A DNA stretch of 63,644 nucleotides, counting the filler, from Octopus bimaculoides (taxonomy: Eukaryota), in assembly GCF_001194135.2 (NCBI RefSeq). It is 5 parts of 4 records of this genome, joined end to end, with 100 filler letters (N's around TTAATTAATTAA, not from the genome) between each part and the next. Parts side by side here need not be neighbours in the genome. Positions count along the whole stretch, not along the records: positions 1 to 14,297 come from NC_068982.1; positions 14,398 to 40,885 come from NC_068981.1; 3 more parts are not named here. One strand, written 5' to 3'. The notes beneath the pieces are model-generated. The model searched no databases. It was not told the DNA's origin and was given only the letters and a program-made list of their open reading frames with translations. This document shows, piece after piece, positions 13,955 to 28,096 of the stretch. Each line of letters opens with the position of its first letter. Positions within the stretch are counted from its first letter, which is position 1. The translations under genes were made by a program, and so were the position numbers.

Positions 13955-14297
13955 GGCGTAGGAGTGGCTGTGTGGTAAGTAGCTTGCTTACCAACCACAT
14001 GGTTCCGGGTTCAGTCCCACTGCGTGGCACCTTGGGCAAGTGTCTTCTACTATAGCCTCGGGCCGAACAAAGCCTTGTGAGTGGATTTGGTAGACGGAAA
14101 CTGAAAGAAGTCCGTCGTATATATGTATATATATGTATATATATGTGTGTGTATATGTTTGTGTGTCTGTGTTTGTCCCCCCAACATCGCTTAACAACCG
14201 ATGCTGGTGTGTTTACGTCCCCGTAACTTAGCGGTTCGGCAAAAGAGACCGATAGAATAAGTACTAGGCTTCCAAAGAATAAGTCCTGGGGTCGATT
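13955..14297 (+). mobile_element. tRNA-derived SINE family A, CpG-intact copy, cut by a gap
   Basis: Head GGCGTAGGAGTGGCTGTGTGGTAAG, B-box-like GGGTTCAGTCCC, internal (TA/TG)n, tail CCGTAACTTAGCGGTTCGGC; multiple homologues in the window. Confidence 0.9.
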
Positions 14298-14505
14298 NNN
14301 NNNNNNNNNNNNNNNNNNNNNNNNNNNNNNNNNNNNNNNNNTTAATTAATTAANNNNNNNNNNNNNNNNNNNNNNNNNNNNNNNNNNNNNNNNNNNNACA
14401 CATATAACATATATGTATATATATACACACACATTCATACATATATACATACACACATATACATACATATATATACATACATATACATATATAGAGATAG
14501 AGAGA

Positions 14506-14539
<34 letters not shown>

Positions 14540-15149
14540 CATATAGAGAGAGATATCATGCGTGGGTGTATGCGTGAGTATACGTGGGTGTGAGCAGCAC
14601 ATTTAGACGGTATTAAAAAGAATTAGATAGAACGAACCGTTAATGCATTCAAGATCCAATATTAGACACCGTCCACTCTCATTTGTTTTAATTCTTCTTC
14701 TATCTATGGCTATATGGCAATTCTCCTGCAGAGTTTACTAACTCAAGCAGCTGATCTTACTTCCTCTATGTTCTTTCAATTTTATCATTTGGCTTTAGAC
14801 CAAAGCACTGTACAAAACCTTTATTACTGTGTACTTTACTGTATGTTAATTTTTTTTTGTTATAGTAGTGCTTGTATTACTTTTGATCAATGAGATTCAA
14901 GTGTGAAAGATATTTTCTTCAATATTATATGGGGAAAAAAAATAACTCACTTCTACACCTAATTGCTATAACTGTATGGATTCTTTTTATTTTAGTGAAA
15001 AAACTTACCAAAAGGATTCGAAACCTGTATTTTTGTGTTGCAATGATCTGCCATCAACTTGTTTTGTCCTCAACCATCTGTAAAGGTGTTGTCTGGCAGT
15101 GGAGGTTGTCAATATTTCATTATTGTTGGAGTTTGCATTACAGGTACTA

Positions 15150-15289
15150 CTCATTTTTACCAGCTGAGAGAACTAGAGCAGCCTGAAATAAAGTATCTTG
15201 CTTAAGGATAAAACACGTAGCCGTGTATCGAACTCACAGCCTCACGATCATGAGCCGAATACACTAATCACTATTCCATGCGCCTTCAC
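15150..15289 (-). mobile_element. SINE family D-like head, old copy
   Basis: CAGCTGAG...GAAATAAAGTATCTTGCT...CCATGCGCCTTCAC matches 6630-6763. Confidence 0.75.
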
Positions 15290-15444
15290 TAACTTTCAAT
15301 ATATCATAAGCTATTAGACAGGTTTCGAAACAGCTATATGTACGTGCAAACAGATTGCGATAATTTAATATATTATTTTGTAAGATTTGTATTGCTAGTT
15401 ACATTCTTGAAACACAATTTTAGTATATTATTAATCATCAGATT

Positions 15445-15873
15445 GTGGAGGCGCAATGACCCAGTGGTTAGGACAGCAGACTCGAGGTCATAGGATCGCG
15501 GTTTCGATTCTCAGACCGAGCGTCGTGAGTGCTTATTGAGCGAAAACACCTAAAGCTCCACGATGCTCTGTTGGAGGATGGTGGCGAACCCTGCTGTACN
15601 NNNNNNNNNCTCTGTTGGAGGATGGTGGCGAACCCTGCTGTACTCTTTCACCACAACTTTCTCTCACTCTTACTTCCTGTTTCTGTTGTGCCTGTAATTC
15701 AAAGGGCCAGCCTTGTCACGCTGTGTCACGCTGAATATCCCCGAGAAGTACGTTAAGGGGTACACGTGTCTGTGGAGTGCTCAGCCACTTGCACGTTAAT
15801 TTCACGAGCAGGCTGTTCCGTTGATCGGATCAACTGGAACCCTCGATGTCGTAAGCGACGGAGTGCCAATAAC
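15445..15873 (+). mobile_element. SINE family B, full length
   Basis: Colinear with 9674-10075; perfect 12-bp TSD AATCATCAGATT at 15433-15444 and 15874-15885. Confidence 0.92.
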
Positions 15874-16452
15874 AATCATCAGATTAAAGAAGTAAACATT
15901 TTGCGCCTACAACACTCCATATCGAAACTGCAGTATTGAGAGTTACAAAGACACTTTATAGGCAAGATACGTTTTTGATATTGTGAAGAGGATGCGTCTT
16001 ATAACGAATTATTTCGAATTCATAATTAAAATACTAATTTAATACATGTAATTCAATGTAAAATTCAGTAATCTTTCAAATTCGATCTTTAGGAATATCG
16101 TAACTCATGATGGTTGAACGAAGTGCTTTGTTAGGAGCTACAGAAGGAATTATGCAGAATAACTCCTAAGAAATGTACATGCAAGCACACGTCTACAAAG
16201 TATATCCATCTCTTCATGCACCATTCCTGCAAGAAAATGCCTAGGAAATGTTTGAAAAGCAAAAAAGAAGTTATTTGTCGTTTCATAATTTTACATACAT
16301 AGTAACTTGATTCTACTGTTAGGACCAGAAAAAATATTATTGAAGTATTCTAAAACAAAAAAAAAATGATACTAATTTGTTTCTCTTCAGCAACTCCGCA
16401 GAAAACTCTCTGCCTTTGGAAATGAAGAGGCAGTAATAAAGATATTTGGTAC

Positions 16453-16536
16453 GTTCTAAAACCTGCTGAGTTACCCATCATTTTAAAGCCTGCTGAGATA
16501 TCCATCGTTCTAAATCTTGCTGAGAAGTTACCTGTC
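16453..16536 (+). repeat. Degenerate 27-bp tandem repeat, 3 copies
   Basis: TGCTGAG recurs at 16464, 16491 and 16518. Confidence 0.8.
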
Positions 16537-17682
16537 ATGGAGGGCGCTTCCAGCAATCAGAGTGAAGTGAAAAATTCAATGTCTCGGTAAACAAGCCAAC
16601 AATTAGACATAACTTGTGAAATAAATAAAAATTAAAAAAAGAGAGAACCAAAGTCGCCTGAAAAAATATGTCAAAAGTTCTTGTGCAGATTTTCAGTAAG
16701 CTGCTGTACTGGATTCCATCGCCAATCGAATGATTTTTTCAGACTTCCAGCAAAAATAAAAGCAGCAAATTTTCCCAATACAGAAATATCTGGAGAAATA
16801 AAGTATGCGTGCCTTATATCAGAGATGCATCAGCTCGCTTTTTAGCAGCAGACCTAACGAGTTGTCATTCATAATAAATCGAACTGCACCTCTAAATTAA
16901 TAATTAATGACACATCGTATTTAATATAGAATATTCCACATTTAGTATTTTTAAGCAGATCATTAAAATAATGATCACGGCAAAACGTTACTGGATGGGA
17001 TGAAGAAGCAAATCTGTTCAAGTTAGTAAATGTTAGTAAAAAATAATATTTATATAAACTTGACACTACAAGAAAGAAAGAAGGAAAGAAAGAAAGAAAT
17101 GCATCCCCATATTCAACCTTAGATCCGGAGGTTGCTCATGTCTATCTTAGAAAAATGTTGGTTTATCTAAGTAGGTGTTAATCTCTTCTCTACATCAGTC
17201 TGTAATCTTTTACCTCAGATTCATTTCTTTATAGCAGTAACATTTTAGAGGGAGCTAGCTGCTGTTGAGATTCTCATCAACTTGTGTGACAGATGTAAGA
17301 TCAAAACCGTTCAAGTCGTGGCCATTCTGATTTTTTATCATAGACAATGTGTCTGTTAATACATTCCTTTTATTGATATTCTTCACTGGGTCGTTGATAT
17401 ATTAATGCATTTGCTTACATCGTTATTTAGAGTAGAATTTTGATTAGTAAAATACGCTAGTAACATGACAGCTAAAAATTTATCTATAAATCTCTTTGAA
17501 TATCTATCAAAATTACTAGTCAGTACTGAAAATCAGGCGCAGGCATGCCTTTGTGATTTAGAATTTCGTTTCGTTACCTCGAGGTCTCAGATTCTAAACA
17601 GCCACACATTGGCTTTAACTAGAGTTGCTTTGTACATTTTGATTAGAATTTGCCGGACTAAATCAGCGAAAACATGACTTAC

Positions 17683-17725
<43 letters not shown>

Positions 17726-18371
17726 TGCGCGCGCGCGTGTATGTTTGTGTTTGTGTGTGTATCTGTGCGTGTGTGTAGTCACGTGCGCGAGTACTCTGTG
17801 CACGTTTATATCATTCATCAATGTGCATCAACAGTAAAAAACAAAAAAACACTGCTTTTTTAACTACTATATATATATTCTGAATTGAGTAACTAATTTC
17901 TTTATTTAATGCAGCCGTCACAGAATAATACCGTGAACCAATGCCCACCTTGTTGGAAACTTCCAATAAATGATGTGATTACTCAATAATTCCGACATGG
18001 CATACAAACAGAAGTGTTTGATCCTTGATTTTAATTGATTGATCAACCTGTCAAAAATAGTAGCCAAATTTCCCACATATCTCATCGTTTTTTCTGGAAA
18101 GAAAGAGAGTGTCACTTAGTATATGGAGCCTTATATTATGTTTGTAAAAATAACTCAAATGAGAAGGCTATTTCCAGAAAATCTGCGATCAAAATGCGTT
18201 TGATCTTAAATCTGTTGGATCAGGGTTTAGTTGTGTCTAAATAACAATTATAACATCAGTAAGATAGCTACATCTGAAGTAGTTACTTTTCTCCTTACAC
18301 ACGCACAATTACGTTACAAAAATATGTACACCTTTAATGAAATTTGCTATATTCAATATTTTATCCACATC

Positions 18372-18957
18372 AAGGCGGTGAGCTGGCAGAAACGTTAGCA
18401 CGCCGGGCGAAATGCTTAGCGGTATTTCGTCTGCCGTTACGTTCTGAGTTCAAATTCCGCCGAGGTCGACTTTGCCTTTCATCCTTTCGGGGTCGATGAA
18501 TTAAGTACCAGTTACGACTTAATCCGTTCGTCTGTTCTTGTTTGTTCCCTCTATGTTTAGCCCTTTGTGGGCAATAACGAAATAGGTATTTCGTCTGAGT
18601 TCAAATTCCGCCGAGGTCGATTTTGCCTTTCAGGATCAATAAATTAAGTAACAGTTGCGTACTGGAGTTGATCTAATCGACTTGCCCCTCCCACCAAATT
18701 TCGGGCCTTGTGCCTAGAGTACGAAAGATTATTTAAAGGCGGCGATCTGGCAGAAACGTTAGCACGCTGTGAGAAATGCTTAACGGTATTTCGTCTGCGT
18801 TTACGTTCTGGGTTCAAATTCTGCCGCGGTCAACTTTGCCTTTCATCCTTTCGGGGTCGATAAATAAGTACCAGCTGCGTCTTGGGGTTGATCTAATCGA
18901 CTAGCCCCCCCCCCCCAAAAAAAAAAATTGGGGGGCCTTGTGCCTAGAGCAGAAAAG
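18372..18957 (+). mobile_element. Composite of three SINE family C units
   Basis: Three GTTCAAATTC...GCCTTTCA cores; 14-bp direct repeat AATATTTTATCCAC at 18355-18368 and 18958-18971. Confidence 0.88.
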
Positions 18958-19112
18958 AATATTTTATCCACTTTTTTTACTAAATTCAGATATTGCAGAT
19001 AATTTCAATTCTAATAAATTATTTCTTCTGGCATTTTTGCACCGCTCATTGCTATTGCATCTGCAAGAATTCTGATTTGTGTACCGTGGTGAAAATCTTC
19101 ATTGTGGTTAAA

Positions 19113-19761
19113 ATGGCACTAAAAGGAAAAGAATTGTCTGAAGATTTGAAGAAAATTATTTTTGATTTGTACAAGAATGGTTTAGGATACAAGTTAATTA
19201 ACAAATGAAGTACAAAGCTATTGGACGGCTAAGCAATAAACGTCGTTCAGGTAGCCCTTCTGTTTTAACCGCGTGTGATATTCGCCCCATCCAACGTTGC
19301 GTGATGGACGACGGACGTCGTACCGCTTCATCTTTTGCCCAAGAAGTGTCTTAGTGGAAAGATTGTATCCGCCCAAACAGTTCACCAAAGTTTGGACCAG
19401 TGTCGTCTTCACGGATGCATATCCTCATAGGAAGCCTCTTCTCACTACCAGGCATAAATCAAATCGTCATTCTTTTGCCAAAACATATGTGAGTAAGGGG
19501 AAGGAGTTCTAGAATAAAATTCTTTTTTCTGGCGAGATTAAAATCAACTTGTTTGGGTCAGGTAGTATTAAATGAGTGTGGCGACGACCATGGGAACATA
19601 ATAGCGACAAATGCACTGTGCCTACCGTGAAACACGGCGTCGGAAGTGTTATGCTTTAGGGATACATGAGTGCGGCTGGTGTGGGAGGACTCACATTTAT
19701 TGAGAGATCAATGGATTCAAGGCTTTATTGTGACATATTGCAGAAAACAATGTTGAACATC

Positions 19762-19762
<1 letters not shown>
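19113..19762 (+). mobile_element. Tc1-type DDE transposase relic
   Basis: Frameshifted translation: MALKGKELSEDLKKIIFDLYKNGLGYK, RKPLLTTRHKSNR, ILFSGEIKINLFGS, VWRRP, PTVKHGVGSVML*G, GVGGLTFIE. These are Tc1 HTH and catalytic motifs. Confidence 0.9.
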
Positions 19763-20055
<293 letters not shown>

Positions 20056-21356
20056 GGATGCATATTTATGAACAACTGAACAAGTGTAATATTAAAACTT
20101 ATGCAAAAGCAAATCACATCAGGAACCGTACAGCTGAACTAATTTCTATATCTAATCTTAGTCGCAGAATATTTTATTTATTTGTGTTTTTTAGTATTTT
20201 TCCTTTATACCTTTGCCCCTAACATGTGTTACTGCACATGATTGAAGTATTAAACAGAAAAAATGCCACGAAATGCAAACACTTAGAAATTTGCCAATAG
20301 TTAATTAGATAGACAGTACTTCAATCAATATTATAACTCATTTTTCATTCACTCATATTGATTTGTGTTTGTTTTGCAAACATTTGAGATTTCTCTTAAA
20401 TAAGAAGTTTTTTGTTTTGGTAATTAGATAAATTGTATTTGACAATTCCCTTGTTTGTATTTCAACTCGACAATTTGTATTTATTTAAATTTGTTTGTGG
20501 TTGCTATTTTTTTTAGTCCAACTCTTTCTTTAGAAATTTCAGCATTCTTACCATAAAATGTGTTTTTGACAGGACGTGCATCACGATATATATTATCGAA
20601 TATCGTAGCCTTCTGGCTCATATTGTTGCCATTTGTTTTGTTTTCATTAATTGACAGCACATTTCAGTTTGGTAATAAGCAAATAAGGAAACCCCCATTT
20701 GGTTGATCACCCCACTAGAAATATCAATCATATTTATTCATATTACTCCATAACACCTTAAAAATCGAACATAACAAATAATGTAGTCATTACGAAAAGG
20801 TGTAATTGACACGACTGGAACGTCTTTAATCATGGGTCTGCTCGATCAAGATTGACCTTGTGGAAGACCATCTCACAGTCACAGTTTCACGGTTAATAAA
20901 TTTGTGCTTGTGTGTGCCTGGGGGTGATGTGTCGGCGAATGCTTTTGTCACAAAGGAAATAAACTTAGTTTGAGAAAAGTGAAAGCTAAAGCATTAAAAA
21001 TGTAGTCATAGGTAATAATTTGTTCCATATTTAATTATAGATATTCCCTTATCATTCTTGCTGTCTGAAATGCAGTGAACCAGTGATTGGACTGGTGGAA
21101 ACCAGCGACACTATTTTTCACTTACAACAATAAAAAATAAACAAACAAACCATTGTTCATCAAAATCATTCCAACATTATTATTGTAGTTTTGTTTCAAG
21201 CCCCATCAATATATATCTATGTGTGCCTCTGCGTGTGTTTCTGCGTGTGTGTATGTATATATATATGTATATATATACGCATATATTTATATATATGTGT
21301 GCGCGTGTGTGTGTGTGTGTGTGTGTGCATGTATGAATGTACNNNNNNNNNNNNNN

Positions 21357-21395
<39 letters not shown>

Positions 21396-21672
21396 TGGCA
21401 CTCTGTCGGTTACGACGACGAGGGTTCCAGTTGATCCGATCAACGTAGCAGAGTCTGCTCGTTAAATTAACGTGCAAGTGACTGAGCACTCCACTGACAC
21501 GTGTACACTTATTGTAGTTCTCGGGGAGATTCAGCGTGACACTAAGTGGTACAAGGCTGGCCCTTTGAAATACAAGTACAGCAGAAACAGGAAGAAAGTG
21601 TGAGAGAAAGGTTGTGGTGAAAGAGTATAGCAGGAGCCTCGGAGAGCGTTAGGTGCTCAGTAAACACTCACA
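21396..21672 (-). mobile_element. SINE family B, 3' part with an internal deletion
   Basis: Reverse-complement match to 9770-10065 (GAGGGTTCCAGTTGATCCGATCAACG; AACGTGCAAGTG). Confidence 0.88.
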
Positions 21673-21782
21673 GATACAGAATAAAATATTACTTGTGACT
21701 ACATTTGTAAAGCTCCAGCGTTCAATTTTCTCAACTAACTTAATTTGCTTTGTGACAATACATCAGCAGAAAAAGTATTGTT

Positions 21783-21847
21783 GAGGTGCAATGGCCCAGT
21801 GGTTAGGGCAGCGGACTCGCGGTCGTACGGTCGCTATTGCGATTCCC
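21783..21847 (+). mobile_element. SINE family B head only
   Basis: GCAATGGCCCAGTGGTTAGGGCAGCGGACTCGCGGTC. Confidence 0.8.
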
Positions 21848-22984
21848 ATATATATATATAAATATATGGAAGATGGAATATATGAGAATTTATTTTTAAT
21901 CATGACAATTGTCTCAACACGCCTAGTATCGATTCCTCATGGGTGGGGCACTCAACATCTGGTCCAAGAGCATCCAGCAGTGCAGATGTATCTCGTCGGG
22001 TGATAAATAAATACAACACGTTCAAATAACAGTTCCGCAATGTAACTTCTCGTTTTGTAGAAAGAAAAGCAACCAAATGGAGGAAATATTTTCATCTGTA
22101 TAGAAGATCAAAAATATATTCACAGATGGCAAAAAGAGACACGAACACGCAATCCTGCGAGGAAGGTATTAAAAATAACCCTTAACAAATATGGATGTAT
22201 AAACGCCCTCGGGCAAGCTGCACGGCACGATTACACTCACTCATACAAGCATCCACAAAATAGTGAGCATACGCACACGTTTGGTGTGGTGCACTCATGA
22301 TCACAAAGCGAGTTAGATATCTACTTGGTGTTTGTAAGAATGGGAAAGGTAAAAGGAGACTCAAGTCATCCATACGTTAAAGTGAATTGAATTATGTTAA
22401 CGGTTACTCAAAATTCACTCCCACTGCAGTGTGCGAAAGTATATTTATATGCGTGTAGGCAGCTCGAGGGTCGTTCAGAAATTCTATTAATGATCTTCTC
22501 GTTAGTCCACAGAATAGATACGGATTCCTCGGAGCAGAGACAGCATCTCTTGGAAATTATATATGTACGTCGTGCTGTCAGTTTGTTTGAACTGCAAGAA
22601 ACTTTTTTCAAGGAGTTAATGATATAATTCTAATATTAAATGTATTAATAAATTTAAGCATTCGATATTTGTTAAATTATTTTGATATTTTCTCAGTCAT
22701 TAAAATGAATTCCAGAAGGAAAAATCAAACCTTCAAAGCTTATAAATAAAACAAAGATCATTTGAAGAATCGGAAATTAAAAAACTCGGATGCAATGGTT
22801 CGTTAGTTTACAGGACATTCGTTTATTTAGTATGAGTGAATTCGATTACAGCTTATCCGAATATTATGTTGTCTATGAACTTCTCGGGAGAATTCTTCTT
22901 TGAAAGTAAGGATGATACTGGTCTGAATTCCTAATGCAGGACATTTATTCTAACGCACTAACGATTTTACCAGCGCGTTGATTT

Positions 22985-23059
22985 TACAACAACAACAACA
23001 ACAAAAACAAAAACAGCAACAGCAACAGCAGCAACAACAACAAAAACAACAACAGCAGC

Positions 23060-23103
<44 letters not shown>

Positions 23104-23150
23104 AAACAACAACAGCAGTAGCAACAACAACAAAAACAACAACAACAATA
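22985..23150. repeat. (AAC/AGC)n microsatellite
   Basis: Direct reading; source of the poly-Cys and poly-Val ORFs. Confidence 0.9.
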
Positions 23151-23601
23151 ATTTCTTCTCTTTTCAATGCTTGCTCTGGTCTCGGACAAACGATAAACAT
23201 ACGTCTGTTACATGTATTTATCTACTTGTTTACATCACAGCAATAATTTTGCGTCAAATTAACCAGAGAAAATTCTGACAGAAGTTCACGATATTACATT
23301 GGACTAATATCAGATTCGAAATCAGAAACCGAAAGGAGTGCATATAAATAGAGCAAGGAATTTTGTTTTGTACGTTACCGACAGCGCCAATCTATTGTTT
23401 TTATGAAGCGAGTACAGTCGGTAATACCAAACACAGTACATTAAACACACTTTTTATATATTCAAGAGAGATAAGACTCATATTCAACTTCAAAGAGATT
23501 TGAACTTAAGGAACGTAATCAAACTCATTTTGCCTGTCAATCTGGTAGTATCTTCACTATACAAATATTATCGGTAATTTTTTCCAAATAAATGATGATA
23601 G

Positions 23602-23678
<77 letters not shown>

Positions 23679-26489
23679 GCCTGTCTCTGTCTCTATATCT
23701 ATCTATCCACGCGCACGCACGCAATCACACGTGTATATAAATACGTACTTACATACATACACACACACACATGCGCGCACACACACATGCACGCACACAC
23801 ACACACAAACACGCTCACACACAGCCATATATAGATATGTATATTGAAAGCAAAAACTAATTTGATTTATTTGATCGTTATTAGTTTTATGTTTTTTACA
23901 GATCTATGTTTCGACAGACGAAATCTCATCAATAATGTATTAACGGAACGCTTTGTAGTAATACAACAAAGGAATTGAGATATGTTGTAGTCAAACAGCT
24001 TATCACTTCAATGTCGATTTCTTTAAAGAATGCAACAATTCCCTTATGTTGACTTTGTTTTCCCTGTAAAATGTTTAATTTCTTAAGAAAATTCTATTTT
24101 GTACCTTATTTTAATAGTATATTACAAATGCTTTAACATGAGTACTCCATGCTTCAAACAAATTATGTTATTGTATTAATTTGTTTACTTCCGGATAGAG
24201 AGTTTGAAAATCAATTTGCAGATAATCTGGAAAGAGGAATGATAGGCCAAATATTAAAATCCAATTCAATTTACATATCAAAAGCAAACTCTCCAAGCTT
24301 GAGGCAATACTGTTTCAAAAAAGAAAGAAGGAAAAAGGAACAAAGAATTATGAATAGGAGTAGATGCTTAGAGTTTTCGAAGAAATTAACGAAATATTCA
24401 GCGTACTGAAAAGAAGATTGCAGAGAGCTTGGCTTGTATTCATCAAATATGTGGAGTTTTTTCATCAACTGAATTAGTCATCTTCATCGTCGTCGTCGCT
24501 GTTGTCGTCGTTGTCATCATCATCACCGTCATCCTCATTTCAATCATCATCATCATCATCGTCATCAGTTTCATTAATTTTTTGAAATGCTTGTAAACAG
24601 TAGAACGTCTTGACACAAATCTATGTAGATGTATCGTTTTACATAATGAACTTTACGAAAACGATGATTACTTTTAGTGATCCACTATAGATAGTAAAGT
24701 GGATCCTGGCTGCTCCCATCCTTAACCTGGAAATTCTAGCTTTTTGATATTGTGGTTAAACACTTATCAGCATAGCCAAGTGCACCAATAATTATTGGTT
24801 TAAGTATGACTGTATAACCAGGTTAGAGAAAGATTCATCTGTGCTTTTCATTCCACTGTACCAGATTCCAAACTGAATCGCTGGGTAGCCGAATCGACAT
24901 CAGGACCATGCCACAATAATTTTACGTGATCGGACAAACAATCCAAATCAAACCATCACGTGATTTAACTTTCTAGTACTTTCTCATTGAGTTCTAAATG
25001 AAGGTGGTACTTGGCAGTAACACCATGAATATTGAGACTGTTACTCGATGTATCCAGTCTCATTTCATCACCAGCTGTTGGCAGATAGAAAGCACAGTTT
25101 TTGTCGCCATGAATATAGTACGACTACTTACAGTTGTGATATTCTAGTCGCAATTGCTATACCAATTAAATTGGCGTGAATCCCAGAAGTATGTTTCTCT
25201 CAGAGAGTAATTGCCACCGTTTTTGTTTTGTTCTTTTATTCAAAAGACCAAAAGACAGAATATACAAGTGAAGTAAGTAAAGCTTCTGTTAATTGTTCGT
25301 GAGTGTTTTTATTTACTTATACACGCAACCCTAGAAATAAATTTCCATTCACCAGTAGCTACCACGACGACCACAACATCAACAAACCTCAGTTAAGTCA
25401 CGGCTTCGACCAACTTAACAACACGCTCTCCACAGTCAGCAGTAGATATCGCACGTTTAAAACTAGAAATAAATGTCTAAGATAGCTGGATGCAACTGAC
25501 AGGAGATTGGCTGCTCTCTCTAGCAGATAGAAGCTCATTTTTATGCTCACATATGCTAGAGTGATTGATCATATTTGCCGAGTTTGTTATATTTCAGTTT
25601 TTAAACGAATTATATTATTAAATGAAACCATGAATTAAATGTATTTTCATTCTAATTAATTGTTATCATTTTGTAACTAATGTCTGAGCATAAATTACAT
25701 TTCCTAAGAATAAGATATGCTGGCATCATAGTAAGCGGAGGAATAGGATTGTTTCAGCTTTCTTAATGTTCCTAAAAGTGAAATATATAGGTTTCACACA
25801 GGATGACATTATATAGTATTGAATATAAAATTCAAAGATATTATAAATATAAAAATACAAAATTTCAAATCGTTCTCATGTTATGTCGAAGATTATAAAA
25901 ACTTGCTGTGGGGCATTTTTCATTGTACTTTACATTAATTCTGTTCTTCTTCACGGTATTATTTAATATAAATATACTGTAAGAAAGCCGCAACTCTGCG
26001 GTATTCGGCTTGAGAAAATAATTTGTGTAGTTGTATAGATCTAAAAGCACAAAGTATCAGTAGTAGAGAAAAAGCGTCCAGCAGCGGAGAGAACATTGCT
26101 ACATCCGAGATTTCTGCATATTTCCGAGTCATCGGTTGAAAGTATTTAGTATCACAGCATGCTTAGGCTAAGTTTCGTCTCTGCTGTTGTAACTTGCTGG
26201 TAGACTGGGTAAAAAAAATCTAGTAATTAGCGACAGAAGCATTGTTAGTTCAGCCAATCAATCTGTATATCTTATTTAACGTGCATATACTCTGCTAATA
26301 CTTCTGTATTTTTTAGCAATCTATGCTTTCTGAAGATGAATATCACAGTGTTATGGATTTCTTATAGTATTCAGAGTGCTCATTAGGTCCGTCGCTAATA
26401 ACACACACGCGTGCACACACACACACACCTAAAGAGATAGATACGTTGGTGAAATCCAGGCCATGACTGACAACGGTCCCTCCCCAAGT

Positions 26490-26980
26490 CAATCAGGTCC
26501 ATCGCTAGGGACATGGGGATGCCTGAGTTTCTTATCAGGCAGATAGTGCATGAAGACATTCAGTATTCCACATACAACATGAGAAAAAGACATTTTTTAT
26601 CCCAAGCCATCAAGGACAAGAGGAAAAACGGCGCAACGAAGCTTTTCAACAAACTCAAGCATTTCCTCCAACCGAATATACTTTAGTTTTTCTCAGACGA
26701 GAAAAATGTTTGCTAGGATCAGATGGTGAACACACAGAACAACTGTTGGTTTGCCGTGTCCCAAAAACACGTACTGAGAGTGATTAAAATCAAACATCCA
26801 ATCAAAATCATGGTGTTTAGAGTGATCACTATAGATGGCAACGTTATGCTTCCACTCATCTTCCCACACGGCCTCAGATTCAACACGGAGTCCTATATGA
26901 AGTGCCTGGAGGAGGCAGTGCTGCTCTAGGTCAAGAGAATGATTGCTGGAAGACCCTTTGTCTGGGCAGCAGGACAAGTT
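26490..26980 (+). mobile_element. Tc1/mariner-superfamily transposase relic, maT/DD37D-like
   Basis: Frameshifted translation: SIARDMG, FLIRQIVHEDIQY, FLSQAIKDKRK, FSDEK, NTQNN, KHPIKIMVF, DGNVMLPLIFPHGLRFNTESYMKCLE, GRPFVW. The subfamily call is from recalled motifs. Confidence 0.82.
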
Positions 26981-27268
26981 TGTTACCCCTCCTCCTTCTA
27001 CAGGCTACCTTTGATGTTATATACTCTAACGTTATATACTCTAATGTTTTTTTTTTAAAAAACATAATAGCGTTCCGTTCANNNNNNNNNNNNNNNNNNN
27101 NNNNNNNNNNNNNNNNNNNNNNNNNNNNNNNNNNNNNNNNNNNNNNNNNNNNNNNNNNNNNNNNNNNNNNNNNNNNNNNNNNNNNNNNNNNNNNNNNNNN
27201 NNNNNNNNNNNNNNNNNNNNNNNNNNNNNNNNNNNNNNNNNNNNNNNNNNNNNNNNNNNNNNNNNNNN

Positions 27269-27315
<47 letters not shown>

Positions 27316-27712
27316 TGTGTGTCTACATAGAGTAAAAAAAATATAACATAATGAGAAGAGAATACATAATTTCTTAGGTTGACTGTTATTTCAGGAAGCT
27401 CGGATTTACGTAGTAACCGAAATGTTTATAGTATGCAGACGGAGTGTAGTAAACGTCTTGTGTATGCAACCAGTAAATAGTCATATAGAGATATTATCAA
27501 ATTTTGAACATTACGATTATTCTGCAAATCTGAGCTTTTTGAAGCAGCTGTCGAGTTAAGAAATATATTCTATTTTTTAGTATTCTATATTTACTATGCA
27601 CTATGTAAATATATTCACACGTACACGCGGGCGCGAGTGTATGTATGTATAGCTATATGTGTTGTATATCTGTTTACCTTTCTGAATATATGTAGTTATA
27701 TGTGTCTACGTG

Positions 27713-27768
<56 letters not shown>

Positions 27769-28053
27769 AGTCTGTCTATCTGTCCATCTATGTGTATGTA
27801 TGTGCATCTTTGTGTTTGTGTATATCTTTGTATGTGTGCGTATGTATGTGTGTACGTATGCATATAATATATGTATGTATATAGCAAGCCTAATTGCGCT
27901 TATCTGCATCACAACCTCCATACCAGCTCGCCTTCGATTTCACTTACAGCTACTCGACGCCGTGGACCTAGTCTAGGATGAAGAATTTGAATTCAACTAC
28001 ATATGTTCTATAGAAAGAATATCTAGCTCTCACCTAATGTCTGTACACACACA

Positions 28054-28096
<43 letters not shown>

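Noticed and set aside
14342-14353. TTAATTAATTAA islands inside N-gaps (also 40930-40941, 55196-55207, 62413-62424)
   Set aside because: An identical 12-mer centred in gaps, giving stops in all six frames, is an assembly linker and not biology.
15566-15643. 34-bp direct duplication across a 10-N gap
   Set aside because: Overlapping contig ends (negative-gap artefact); absent from the other family B copy.
16225-16260. CTA GGA AAT GTT TGA (LGNV*), resembling the SLC6 TM1 motif GLGNVWRF
   Set aside because: In-frame stop, and the flanking residues do not match; chance.
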